Shown here: one piece after another, positions 10,172 through 20,211 of the stretch
Layout: every line of letters starts with the position of its first letter
Numbering within the stretch: the stretch's first letter is position 1
Assembly: GCA_965205865.1 (NCBI GenBank)
Contig: CBDBHR010000028.1
Coordinates: 512,001 to 576,000 of the forward strand
DNA: 64,000 nt
Direction: 5' to 3'
Source: a bacterium
Lineage (GTDB): Bacteria > SAR324 > NAC60-12
Program-made: the position numbers and the translations under genes
Notes under the pieces: generated by a model
Seen by the model: the letters and a program-made list of their open reading frames with translations, nothing else
What the model was told of the DNA's origin: nothing
The model's database searches: none

Positions 10172-11015
10172 CCGTATTCAGGTACTGTTCAAGGAAGGAA
10201 GGTGTCATCTCAACTTTATCATTGGCGGATACCTGACTTTGCTATTTTTCTTGATTGCAATGGCTTCGTACGCCTGGACCCCCCATTCCATTGAAAATTT
10301 CGATATTGCCGCCAGATTCTCCGCACCCACTCGACAATTTTGGCTGGGGACCGATCATTTCGGCCGCGATATTGTTTCTATGCTGATGATTGGAGCGAGA
10401 AACTCGGTGATGGTGGCTTTTGTTGCCATAGCCATTGGTGCCTTGGGGGTGCCCTTGGGATTGATAGCTGCTGCAAAAAAAGGCTGGATCGATGAATTGA
10501 TCATGCGCTTCAACGATTTCACTTTCGCCTTTCCCGCATTGATATCCGCTATCATGATTACTGCAATTTTGGGACCTGGCGCTCTGAATTCCATCATTGC
10601 CATTGGCATATTCAATATTCCAGTCTTTGCACGGGTAACACGGGGCTCAGCCTTGAGTATCTGGCCCCGGGAATTCATTTTGGCCGCCCGCAGCGCCGGG
10701 AAAGGAAGCATTCTCATCTCCGTCGAGCACATTTTGCCGAACATCGTCGGCATCCTGATCGTGCAAGCAACCATTCAATTCGCCCTCGGCATCCTGGCAG
10801 AAGCAGGACTGAGCTACCTGGGCCTGGGGACCCAACCTCCAAATCCCAGTTGGGGGAAAATGTTGAATGATGCTCAGACCTTGATTTTTATCGCACCCCA
10901 GTTAGCGATTTACCCGGGGATTGCTATTGGCCTGACGGTGCTCGGATTGAATCTGTTTGGCGACGGTCTGCGTGATGTTCTCGATCCAAAATTGCGTCGC
11001 AGTCGACAATTCTGA
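10164..11015 (+). CDS. Peptide ABC transporter permease (DppC/OppC-like)
   Basis: LGTDHFGRD, EAGLSYLGLG, GDGLRDVLDP. Confidence 0.93.
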   Translation: MVSRIQVLFKEGRCHLNFIIGGYLTLLFFLIAMASYAWTPHSIENFDIAARFSAPTRQFWLGTDHFGRDIVSMLMIGARNSVMVAFVAIAIGALGVPLGLIAAAKKGWIDELIMRFNDFTFAFPALISAIMITAILGPGALNSIIAIGIFNIPVFARVTRGSALSIWPREFILAARSAGKGSILISVEHILPNIVGILIVQATIQFALGILAEAGLSYLGLGTQPPNPSWGKMLNDAQTLIFIAPQLAIYPGIAIGLTVLGLNLFGDGLRDVLDPKLRRSRQF

Positions 11016-11104
11016 ATGACTGATTACATGTACTTGTTTGATTGCTTGTTAGCCATTCAAGATGGCTCATTCCGAACGAATGTGAAGAACCTTGACAAGA
11101 TAAA

Positions 11105-12088
11105 ATGTCTCTGCTTGAAGTGAAGAATCTGTCGATTGCTCTGGAAACGCCGCGAGGAAAAGTGAATTTGATCCGGCATGTGGAATTTTCCCTGCAAACT
11201 GGAGAAAAGCTGGGCATCGTTGGAGAATCGGGATGCGGTAAAACGCTAACCGCCTTGGCAATTATGGCTTTGCTCCCCAGGAAAGTTTCGGTGCGCGGCG
11301 TGGCGCGTTTTCAGGGAGTAAATCTACTGGACCTGCAGGAAAAGCGCATGCAACAGATCCGTGGGAATCGCATTGCCATGATTTTTCAGGAACCAATGAA
11401 CTCCCTCAATCCTGTCAAAACGATCGGTTCCCAAATTGCCGAAGGCCTGAGGTTGCACCTCGGTTTGAATAAAAGTGATGCGGTTACCAGAACCCAAACC
11501 GTCATGGATGGAGTGGGATTGCCGGTCTCCCGTTTTCCCTTGAAACTCTATCCCCATCAACTTTCGGGGGGACAACGACAACGTGTAATGATTGCGCAGG
11601 CCATTGCCTGCGAACCGGACCTTTTAATCGCAGACGAACCCACCACCGCATTGGATGTCACTGTTCAGGAAAAAATCCTGGAACTGATCAATAAAATTGT
11701 CGAAAAATCTGGAATGAGTTTGATCATGATCAGTCATGATCTCGGTATAATTGCCCAAACAACGGAACAGACGATGGTGATGTATGCCGGAAACACCGTG
11801 GAAAACGGGACGACCCAGGAAGTCTTCCGGAATATGCGACACCCTTATACTTACGGGCTCCTGGCTTCCATGCTCAAACCAAAATCCGCAGAATCCGGCA
11901 GTCGACAGCCTTTGTACAGCATTCCTGGCCAAGTTCCGCAACCTGGAGTCCGGATGGCAGGTTGCGCATTTGTCGAACGCTGTTTTAAGGCAAAGGAAAA
12001 TTGCCGGCAACAAACACCGCCCTTGCAAGTCCTCAAACAGGAACACAAGGTCGCTTGCTATCATCCTCTGATAGAAAGCAGTCTATGA
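11105..12088 (+). CDS. Peptide ABC transporter ATPase (DppD-like)
   Basis: [25 protein letters not shown]-terminal Cys cluster. Confidence 0.93.
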   Translation: MSLLEVKNLSIALETPRGKVNLIRHVEFSLQTGEKLGIVGESGCGKTLTALAIMALLPRKVSVRGVARFQGVNLLDLQEKRMQQIRGNRIAMIFQEPMNSLNPVKTIGSQIAEGLRLHLGLNKSDAVTRTQTVMDGVGLPVSRFPLKLYPHQLSGGQRQRVMIAQAIACEPDLLIADEPTTALDVTVQEKILELINKIVEKSGMSLIMISHDLGIIAQTTEQTMVMYAGNTVENGTTQEVFRNMRHPYTYGLLASMLKPKSAESGSRQPLYSIPGQVPQPGVRMAGCAFVERCFKAKENCRQQTPPLQVLKQEHKVACYHPLIESSL

Positions 12089-13047
12089 TGAGTGACATGT
12101 TGCTAATAGTCGAAAATGTTAAAAAAGACTATCTGCTTCCTAAAACTCACATTTTCCAACCCGCCCCCATTTTTCGTGCTTTGCACGGTGTGAGCTTAAA
12201 GATCCCCAAGGGTACCAATTTCGGTATTGTGGGAGAATCAGGGTGTGGCAAATCCACTTTGGCTCGTATCGTGATGGGACTGGACACTCCCACGGGAGGG
12301 ACTGTTTATTTCCAGAATCAGGATATATTCCGCATGTCGGCCAAAAAACTGCGGCATTTACGCAGCCAATTTCAGATGGTTTTTCAAGATCCTCATGGTT
12401 CCCTCAATCCCAGACATAACGTCCTGCGTATTGTTTCCGAACCCCTGGATACCTTGGCCGAAAAACTGAGTTTGTCGGAAAAAAAGGGAAGGGTGCGAAC
12501 CCTCCTGCGGGAAGTTGGATTAAATGATGGAGACTTGGACAAATTCCCTCACGAATTCTCCGGAGGTCAACGACAACGGATTGGCATTGCCAGAGCCCTG
12601 ATCACTCGTCCTTTCTTGATTGTGGCAGATGAAGCCGTTTCGGCACTGGATGTTTCGGTGCAAGCTCAGGTCCTGAATTTAATGATGGCCTTGCAGGAAA
12701 AATACCAGCTGACTTATATGTTCATCAGCCACGATTTGAGTGTCGTGGAATACCTGTGCGACGAAACGGCCGTGCTTTATTCAGGGAGGATTGTCGAAAT
12801 GGGAAAAACCCGGAACATTTTTCAAAATCCAAACCATCCCTACACCCGACTTCTCCTGGAAGCAGTGCCAATACCAGACCCGCTTCACAAAAAGAAAAAA
12901 ATCCTTCCAATGCCTGTCCAAGGAGAGGATGAGAATACGGGTTGTCCGTTTAAGACACGCTGCAGCCTGGCAACCGAAATCTGCTCCCAATCGATGCCGA
13001 AACTGCTTCTCAAGGGTCGGCAGCAAGTCGCTTGCCATCATGCCTGA
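12085..13047 (+). CDS. Peptide ABC transporter ATPase (DppF-like)
   Basis: GESGCGKS, FSGGQRQR; ATGA overlap with the previous gene sets the start at 12085. Confidence 0.92.
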   Translation: MMSDMLLIVENVKKDYLLPKTHIFQPAPIFRALHGVSLKIPKGTNFGIVGESGCGKSTLARIVMGLDTPTGGTVYFQNQDIFRMSAKKLRHLRSQFQMVFQDPHGSLNPRHNVLRIVSEPLDTLAEKLSLSEKKGRVRTLLREVGLNDGDLDKFPHEFSGGQRQRIGIARALITRPFLIVADEAVSALDVSVQAQVLNLMMALQEKYQLTYMFISHDLSVVEYLCDETAVLYSGRIVEMGKTRNIFQNPNHPYTRLLLEAVPIPDPLHKKKKILPMPVQGEDENTGCPFKTRCSLATEICSQSMPKLLLKGRQQVACHHA

Positions 13048-13069
13048 AAAAGTGGCAACCCGAGGATTG

Positions 13070-14161
13070 TCAAGACAAGGGTGGGGTGCGTGGGATATAT
13101 ACCTGGAAGACGGAACCTTGCTGGCCTGCCGGTTTGTATTGCAACAACCCGCCGTGACCTGCAATAATTTGAAAGGAGATGGATAATCCCAAGCCATTTC
13201 CTTGTCGTTTTGTGGTGAAGAGGGGTTTGAAAATGTGATCCCGATGCGCCTCTGCGATGCCACTTCCCTGGTCTTCAAACTCGATGAGGAAATATTCCTG
13301 ATGCAGGTCCAGTTGTTTATCAACCATTTCCCATTCCGGACAGTAGCTGGAACGAATGGTGATCCCTCCTTTTTTTGGCGAAGCTTCCGTAGCATTTTTA
13401 ATCAAATTGAGAAACACCTGGTGCAGTTTGTCCCGGTCGGCAGTGATGTCAGGCAGAGATGGGTCAAAAAGCCGCTGGAATGTCAGTTCAGAATTCGAAG
13501 AATTCTCCTCGAACCAAATAACGGTATCCAGCAATTCATGCAGATTGAAGACTGTGGTTTGCAGTGGAATTGGTTGAGAATACAACAACAGTTCCTTGAC
13601 CATCCGGTCAATCCGCCCCAACTCTCTTAAAATCATTTCCGTAGACGTGGTTGGAATTTGAGATTTTTTCAAATCCCGCTGTAGTAATTGAGCAACCCCT
13701 TTAATCCCGCTCAATGGATTTTGAATCTCATGGGCAATGGAAGAGACAAACACCCCAATGGAATCCAAAATGTCTTTTTCACGTTCCTTGGCTTTGATTT
13801 GATGATGATACGTCAAATCTTGAAAGGTGAGGATTGCCTGATAGATCTTTCTGTTTTTTTTGAAGACCGGATTCATAGAGACACTTACTACCTTGCGATG
13901 GTGCGGTGAAACCTGCAAAAGATGATCATTGACGGAAAAATCTTTTCCATCTTGCAGTACTTTTTGCAGAGGCGCGAGAATGACCTGGTCTTCCCACAAA
14001 AGCATCTTGATGGATTTACCGAGCATTTTATTCTTGTCTCGTTCCCAGAACTGCGTGACGGCATCATTGCACCAGATCACTTCCATTTTTTGATTGATCA
14101 CAAAAATAGGGTAGCTCAGGTTGCGGAATATTGTTTTTTCAGAAGGACCTCTCTTGATCAT
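13070..14161 (-). CDS. PAS-domain sensor histidine kinase, NtrB/GlnL-like
   Basis: H-box AHEIQNPLSGIKGVAQLL, N-box QVFLNLIKNA, DQGSGI, GNGLGL. Confidence 0.88.
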   Translation of the reverse strand: MIKRGPSEKTIFRNLSYPIFVINQKMEVIWCNDAVTQFWERDKNKMLGKSIKMLLWEDQVILAPLQKVLQDGKDFSVNDHLLQVSPHHRKVVSVSMNPVFKKNRKIYQAILTFQDLTYHHQIKAKEREKDILDSIGVFVSSIAHEIQNPLSGIKGVAQLLQRDLKKSQIPTTSTEMILRELGRIDRMVKELLLYSQPIPLQTTVFNLHELLDTVIWFEENSSNSELTFQRLFDPSLPDITADRDKLHQVFLNLIKNATEASPKKGGITIRSSYCPEWEMVDKQLDLHQEYFLIEFEDQGSGIAEAHRDHIFKPLFTTKRQGNGLGLSISFQIIAGHGGLLQYKPAGQQGSVFQVYIPRTPPLS

Positions 14162-14204
14162 CGTTTAAAATGGATGGTTAAAAGATCTCTATTTCATTTG
14201 CTAA

Positions 14205-14362
14205 GGAACAAACCTTAAAAAACCTGTAATTCTTCCAATGGTGTGAGCAAAATTGGGGGACATGTACACCGCTGTGCATCCCAACTCTACTGTTGTATGC
14301 CTGCTGTTACGTGTCCCCTAATTTTGCGCATCCATACTTCTAACTTATTTAAATTTCATTCC
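14205..14362 (-). mobile_element. MITE family A, copy 2 (158 bp)
   Basis: Reverse complement of 5567-5724; TAA duplicated at 14202-14204 and 14363-14365. Confidence 0.93.
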
Positions 14363-15730
14363 TAAGAGCCTCTGCAACAATTCTTTGTTGAGGTCGACAA
14401 GGATCGACTTGTTTTGTGAGTAGGTCACCGTTCCGGGCTCACTTCCCTTGATTTTCCGCACATATTTTTGTTGGGTATAATCGACTTCTATTTTGCCAAG
14501 ACTACGAGCTTTGCAGTAATAAGCCGCCAGATGAGCTGCTTCCAGCAGCGTTTGGGAGGGCAGTGCCGGTCTCGTGTTTTTGACAATGACATGCGCTCCC
14601 GAAATTCCTTGCGCATGAAACCACCAATCATTGCCACGAGCAACCGTGAAGGTGACATATGCGTTTTGTTGCTTGTTGCGACCTACCGCAATCATCAGTC
14701 CATCAGAACTGAGACGAAATAAAGGTGTGGGAGCGGGAGTGGGTTCTTTGCTTTTGGACTGTGTGGCAACATGTGGAATTTTAAGGAATCCGGGAAGTGT
14801 CTTGTCCCAGATTTGAAAGGATTCCGCAGTTTCTTTTTTTTTAAGTTCATCTTGTTGTTCAAGCAAGATTTTTTGTTCCTGCAAAGTTTGTCGGATCCTC
14901 TCTTGAACGTGTGGCAGCGCTTTTTTCAGTTTGTCCGCTTTCTGAAAGAGACGGACCAAATTCCCTGATGGGCTATATCCGGGGTCCAAGGGAATCACGG
15001 TTTGTGGAAAACTATCATCAAAGTAATCCGTTACCGTGATCTCGGTTTGTCCGCATTGGATTTGGTGGAGATGGGGTTTTAGCAACTCTCCCCATCGTCG
15101 CATTTTTTCGGCACTCTGACAATTTTCCAAATCCTGTTCTTGCTTTGCCAAGCGTCGTATCAGCTTTTTTTTCAGAGTTTTGAAATACTTACGATAGCGG
15201 ACCTGCTGGGCGCTGACGGCTTCTTGCTGTTCTAAATTCCAATAGTAGGCATCCAGTTTTCCCGCCTCTGTGGGAATGCCAGGGAATAGAGTGAGGGTTT
15301 CCCATTGAACCGGAGGAACATACGGAAGGGTTTGCTTCAAAACGCGCCCTTTTTGGTTGGGATTACGCAGAGCAGCCAAGAGACAATGTTGCGCGTCCAA
15401 TAACAGAAGATTGCTTTGAGGACCATTGTTTTCCCACATTAAAAAATATTCTGTCTTATGCTGCTTCAAAGTAAACTGCCTGAGACGGGGTCCGTGTTCT
15501 TCGAGCGCAACCAATTCTGCATGGAGAATCCGAGTGCGCAACCACAAGCAAAAAAGGGGAGGTAGAGGGGGATTATTGAATTGTCGACCACTCCGACAAA
15601 TCCGAGGAAAGCGGGGATGGGCCGAAAAAAGCCACTGCTGTCGACCCTCCTGTCCGTACATCTCCATTACCACCCCATGGGAGAAGGGTTGATTGATTTT
15701 TTGAACACGGGTATCGAGGAGCGCGTCCAT
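14345..15730 (-). CDS. NFACT-family (RqcH/FbpA-like) protein; stop codon supplied by MITE A
   Basis: SAHPRFPR and F..WLR N-terminal motifs, coiled coil, NFACT-R domain VGRNKQQN...DWWFHAQGISGAHV...VDYTQQKYVRK. Confidence 0.85.
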   Translation of the reverse strand: MDALLDTRVQKINQPFSHGVVMEMYGQEGRQQWLFSAHPRFPRICRSGRQFNNPPLPPLFCLWLRTRILHAELVALEEHGPRLRQFTLKQHKTEYFLMWENNGPQSNLLLLDAQHCLLAALRNPNQKGRVLKQTLPYVPPVQWETLTLFPGIPTEAGKLDAYYWNLEQQEAVSAQQVRYRKYFKTLKKKLIRRLAKQEQDLENCQSAEKMRRWGELLKPHLHQIQCGQTEITVTDYFDDSFPQTVIPLDPGYSPSGNLVRLFQKADKLKKALPHVQERIRQTLQEQKILLEQQDELKKKETAESFQIWDKTLPGFLKIPHVATQSKSKEPTPAPTPLFRLSSDGLMIAVGRNKQQNAYVTFTVARGNDWWFHAQGISGAHVIVKNTRPALPSQTLLEAAHLAAYYCKARSLGKIEVDYTQQKYVRKIKGSEPGTVTYSQNKSILVDLNKELLQRLLGMKFK

Positions 15731-15761
15731 ACTGACTTGTTGCTTGCCTTCAATGAGAAAA

Positions 15762-16601
15762 TTAATCTACAATCACTGGAGTGAATCGAGGGGCTCGCTT
15801 TTGTATAAAAGACTCCACGCCCTCTTTAAAGTCGGGACGTGCCAGGCTTTCCGCCATAAGACGGTGGGATTCGTACATTGCGTCTTTCAAAGACATGTTC
15901 AGGTGCCTGTAAATTTGTTGTTTCATGACCATCAAGGAAAGAGGCGCAGTCGTTTCTGCCAGCTCTTCCAAATAAGCTTGGGCTTTAGGAACGACTTCTT
16001 CTCGAGGCAGGACCCGATCGACCAATCCCAGTCTTTCCGCCTCGATTCCATCAAAGCGACGAGAACTCCAAAGCAGATCAAGTGCCCGGGAAGGTCCGAC
16101 TACTCGAGGTAAAATCCAACTTTGTCCGTGCTCCGCAACGAGCCCTCGCTGGGAAAAGGCAGTGGTGAAAATGGCATTTCCCGCCGCAAATCTCATGTCG
16201 CATAACAATGCAAGGGACAATCCTAAGCCCGCGCAAGGGCCATTGATGGCAGCAATCAATGGTTTGCGAATCGACATCAGATAGGTGAAAGCGATTCGAA
16301 AATCCTCTCCCATATTGGGGTCCCCCGGTTCGGCATTGAGATGAACTCGCTTATCTTTCTTATTGGCTACTTCCCCGGCATTGGCTTGCTCATCCAAAGC
16401 ATTCATGTCCATGCCTGCGCTGAACCCTCTTCCTGCGCCTGTCAAAACAATACCTATGACCTGTTTTTCCTTTTCCGCTTGTGCTAATGCATGTCGCAAC
16501 TCATCCATCATGATATAAGTAAATGCATTCAAGCGTTCGGGACGATTGAAACAAATCGTTGCCACCGGTCCCGATATTTCATAAAGAATTTCTTCATACA
16601 T
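15762..16601 (-). CDS. Enoyl-CoA hydratase/isomerase family protein
   Basis: NRPERLNA, GFSAGMD, KPLIAAINGPCAGLG. Confidence 0.92.
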   Translation of the reverse strand: MYEEILYEISGPVATICFNRPERLNAFTYIMMDELRHALAQAEKEKQVIGIVLTGAGRGFSAGMDMNALDEQANAGEVANKKDKRVHLNAEPGDPNMGEDFRIAFTYLMSIRKPLIAAINGPCAGLGLSLALLCDMRFAAGNAIFTTAFSQRGLVAEHGQSWILPRVVGPSRALDLLWSSRRFDGIEAERLGLVDRVLPREEVVPKAQAYLEELAETTAPLSLMVMKQQIYRHLNMSLKDAMYESHRLMAESLARPDFKEGVESFIQKRAPRFTPVIVD

Positions 16602-16669
16602 CTTGAACTTCCTTTCCGTGTTTGATCCAAACCATTGGCTACTTCAATCCCATTGTCCAGCTAATTTTT

Positions 16670-18409
16670 TTATTCATTGGGATCTCTGCCGCTCAGTCGC
16701 TTTTTCATGCCGGCATCAATCCATGCGTATTTGTATATGTGGATGTATGTGTCCATATAGCCTTGTCCCCCTTCAAGTCCATATAGCCAAGGTTGCCAGT
16801 AGTGATGACCGGTAGTCACCATCAATGGCATGAACCACGATTCGTCGAGGACCCAGTAAGTCAAGTTTCTCCATTTTTCGAGATACTCACCAGCATCCAT
16901 GGTAGCTTTCAAATCGTCCCACATTTTAATGTATTTTTGACCGAGTTCGCTGTCTTCAAATTCTTTATTTCCCTGCCCCTGCCAGGTCAATGAACTCCGA
17001 GGATCCAGGAAAAACTCGTATTGACAGGCGCCGTACAGAAAAGGGCAGGCATTATCAGAGGTCGCCAATCCCTTGTAGGAGGGATCCGGATTGCGGGTCA
17101 TCGTCATACGATACATATTCTTCATTTTCACGACATCGACTTGTAAGGCTATCCCCACCAAATTGAGATAGCGTGAAATGGCATGCGCCGCTTCAGCCAG
17201 AGGACCCTCACCGGCAATTATATTGGTCGTAAAACCATTGGGATAGCCCGCTTCCGCCAAAAGTCGCTTGGCTTCTTTTGGGTGATATTCAAAAAGCTTG
17301 GCGGTTTCCGGTTGTTCTTTTTGCATCTCTTCCAGGGAGATGTAAAAGGGGGCGAGTCCCGGTAAAGTGGGAAAGACAGGGTAGATAGCATTTCCCCGGT
17401 AGAAGCCGTCCCGCATCTCCTGATGGTTGACTGCCAGCATCAAGGCCTGTCGCACCCGCTTGTCATTGAAGGGGGCTTTGGTAATGTTTGCCGTCAAAGT
17501 GATGTGTTGCAACGGCTGGTGCGTAAACTTGAGATGAGGATTGCTCTTTACAAGAATCTTGTTGTAGCGGACCGGCAACACGCCTGGAGCGGTATCTACT
17601 CTTCCTGTACGCAGAGCAGCGACTTTTAAGGCCTCCCCCAATTCGACATAGCGGAAGCCGTCCAGATAAGGGAGTTGATTCTGAGGACGTAAGGGATCTT
17701 TCTGCCAGTAATTTGGGTTACGTTTATAAACGGTTTGAATTCCCTTGACATAATCAGAGATGAAAAACGGTCCTGTACCAACAGCATATTTCCAGTCATT
17801 CCGGTCGATCTCTTGATCGAATACTTCACGAGGCGCCACCATCCATTCCACAAGAAACGCTGCCATTGGGGTGAGATCCGCGACCGGATTTTTCCACTTC
17901 AGTTCGACCGTCCATTGATTCAATGCAGTCCAGGTAAATTGGCTTTTCATTTCACTTTGTCGAGTCAGCGGATTGGAGCTCACCGCATCCCATGACGCCA
18001 CCACATCGTGGGCATTCATTTCCCGACCATTGGCAGGCGCTTTATCCCAAAAGTGGACCCCTTGGCGGATTTTAAAGAGCAGGCTGATGGGGGTAGGGCG
18101 TTCATAAGATTCAGCCAAAGCGCCGCTAAAGACCTCAAAAGCGGCGCCCCAGGAGTTGTATGGAAATTCGCCGGTCCCTGCCGGCCCGCGAGACCAATCT
18201 ACCTGAAGTAATGGATCATAAGCGGGCTGGGCGAGGGGATTATCAGGGAGGTGTCCCACCGGATCGAATCCAAATAGATCATCCCCTTGCGCGGAGGTAA
18301 TGAAGCCCCCGTACACGGGAAAGAGGGCCAGATCAAAATTTTGGGCTGCCAAGTTGCCTGCCAGGCTTATCCCTACGAAGAGGATCAATAATTTTTTGTT
18401 CAATTTCAT
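16670..18409 (-). CDS. Orphan family-5 ABC substrate-binding protein
   Basis: Signal peptide; LAESYE...FKIRQGVHFWDK, VGTGPF, RVRQALMLAVN. Confidence 0.85.
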   Translation of the reverse strand: MKLNKKLLILFVGISLAGNLAAQNFDLALFPVYGGFITSAQGDDLFGFDPVGHLPDNPLAQPAYDPLLQVDWSRGPAGTGEFPYNSWGAAFEVFSGALAESYERPTPISLLFKIRQGVHFWDKAPANGREMNAHDVVASWDAVSSNPLTRQSEMKSQFTWTALNQWTVELKWKNPVADLTPMAAFLVEWMVAPREVFDQEIDRNDWKYAVGTGPFFISDYVKGIQTVYKRNPNYWQKDPLRPQNQLPYLDGFRYVELGEALKVAALRTGRVDTAPGVLPVRYNKILVKSNPHLKFTHQPLQHITLTANITKAPFNDKRVRQALMLAVNHQEMRDGFYRGNAIYPVFPTLPGLAPFYISLEEMQKEQPETAKLFEYHPKEAKRLLAEAGYPNGFTTNIIAGEGPLAEAAHAISRYLNLVGIALQVDVVKMKNMYRMTMTRNPDPSYKGLATSDNACPFLYGACQYEFFLDPRSSLTWQGQGNKEFEDSELGQKYIKMWDDLKATMDAGEYLEKWRNLTYWVLDESWFMPLMVTTGHHYWQPWLYGLEGGQGYMDTYIHIYKYAWIDAGMKKRLSGRDPNE

Positions 18410-18935
18410 AGTTTCATTGAATTGGGTTATGAGAAAATCCGACTCACTCTGATGAGTGAACTCAATCAGCCTATTCCTCTCCTTAGAATAATCAGAAAAA
18501 GAATTGCAAACTTTTTAACATCTACATACCAATACCTGGAACAACCGCATCCATACCCAAGTGTTTTTCAATCCAGGCGCGTAAAGGAATATCTTCTGGC
18601 TTAGGAGAAGTATATCCGTATTTTCCGGTCGGAGTAGCCCCCAATAGTTGACGACGAATCGGATCACTGCGATCCAGAAATCACATATTAAAATTCTCTT
18701 GCTTCTTTGTTGTCACTAATGCATTTTTACTCCATTTTTAAAAAAATGAGTAGCAAAAATAAAAGGGAAATGGTAGTTGATCCATGTAAATTAAGGTGAA
18801 GAAGATAAGCTAAGTAAATCACATCATTCAGAGAGGACATTTAACGAAGAATATCCTGGTTCCGCAGCCCTTTTCAGCACGAGAGGGGTTGTGATTCGGC
18901 GGGATAACACTCTCCTGTTAAAGAACGGTGAAATT

Positions 18936-20189
18936 ATGACCAACGAAGATGAGACAGTGGGAAGGAGTGCGATGAAGGGAGTGAGAGTGTTGGATCTCTC
19001 ACGTCTGGTTGCAGGTAATTTGGCTTCACTTTTAATGGCGGATTTTGGTGCGGATGTCATCAAAATCGAAAGACCCGGAGTGGGGGATGATCTGCGCAAC
19101 TGGCGCGAAGATGGAATCGAGATTTTTTGGAAAACATATGCAAGGAATAAGCGTAGTGTCTGCTGGGATCTGAATGAGGAAACCGATCGCAAGAAATTAT
19201 TCCTTCTTATTGAAACCACACAAGTCTTTATCGAAAATTTTGTGCCCGGAAAACTGGAAGAATTCGGCATGGGACCGGATGTCTTATTTCGCCTCAATCC
19301 CAATTTGATCATACTTCGCATATCCGGATGGGGGCAGACCGGACCTTTGCGCAACAAACCAGGGTTTGGAACTTTGGTGGAAGGCATGTCCGGTTTTGCT
19401 CATTTGAATGGTTTCCCTGACAGACCACCTGCTCTGCCGCCTATCGCAACGGCCGACATGATTACGGGTTTGTATGGGGCTTATGCCGTTATGCTCGCCT
19501 TACGAAACGTGGAGACGCACTCTGGCAAAGGTCAGGTGATTGACCTGTCACTTTTCGAAAGCTTGTTTTCCTTTGTGGCCTCCGAAGCTGTCAAGCATCG
19601 TGTTTCCGGAAAAATCAGTATGCGTTCGGGAAGTCGTTCCACACACACGGCACCACGCAATGTGTATGCCTGCCAGGATGGTAAATTCATGGCCTTGTCA
19701 GGATCGATGCAAAGCATGTGTGAGCAGTTGTTGACTGCAATCGGACGTCCCGAGTTGATTCACAGGATGGATCCTCGCATTGCAATCGTCCCAGCAATGA
19801 TTTCGCGCAATGACGATCGCGTGCAAAATCACGATGCTTTGGATGAGATCATTGGTGCTTTCATCGAAAAGCGTAGCTTGAAGGAAAATCTCCGTTTTTT
19901 TGAAACAGCAAACGTCACCGTTGGACCAGTGCTGGCAATGGACGATCTCTTGCAGCATCCTTACTTAAAAGGCCGTCGAGTAGTGACCGAGTTTGCCGAC
20001 CCGGATGTTGGAAGCATCCCGGCCCATGTTCCAGTTCCGCGCATGAGTGAGACTCCCGGCAGTTTGATCAATCCGGCACCGCCACTTGGCGCGCATAATC
20101 AGGAAATTGAATACGAATTGGATTGCAGGAAGGACAACAGTCAAATGCGTCCGGTTGTCTTCCGGAGCAATGCTCCGGTGAAGACGTAA
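18936..20189 (+). CDS. CaiB/BaiF family III CoA-transferase
   Basis: GVRVLDLSRLVAG, DFGADVIKIE, RNKRS, SGWGQTGP. Confidence 0.92.
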   Translation: MTNEDETVGRSAMKGVRVLDLSRLVAGNLASLLMADFGADVIKIERPGVGDDLRNWREDGIEIFWKTYARNKRSVCWDLNEETDRKKLFLLIETTQVFIENFVPGKLEEFGMGPDVLFRLNPNLIILRISGWGQTGPLRNKPGFGTLVEGMSGFAHLNGFPDRPPALPPIATADMITGLYGAYAVMLALRNVETHSGKGQVIDLSLFESLFSFVASEAVKHRVSGKISMRSGSRSTHTAPRNVYACQDGKFMALSGSMQSMCEQLLTAIGRPELIHRMDPRIAIVPAMISRNDDRVQNHDALDEIIGAFIEKRSLKENLRFFETANVTVGPVLAMDDLLQHPYLKGRRVVTEFADPDVGSIPAHVPVPRMSETPGSLINPAPPLGAHNQEIEYELDCRKDNSQMRPVVFRSNAPVKT

Positions 20190-20211
20190 TCATAGTTTCA
20201 GAGTATATTTT

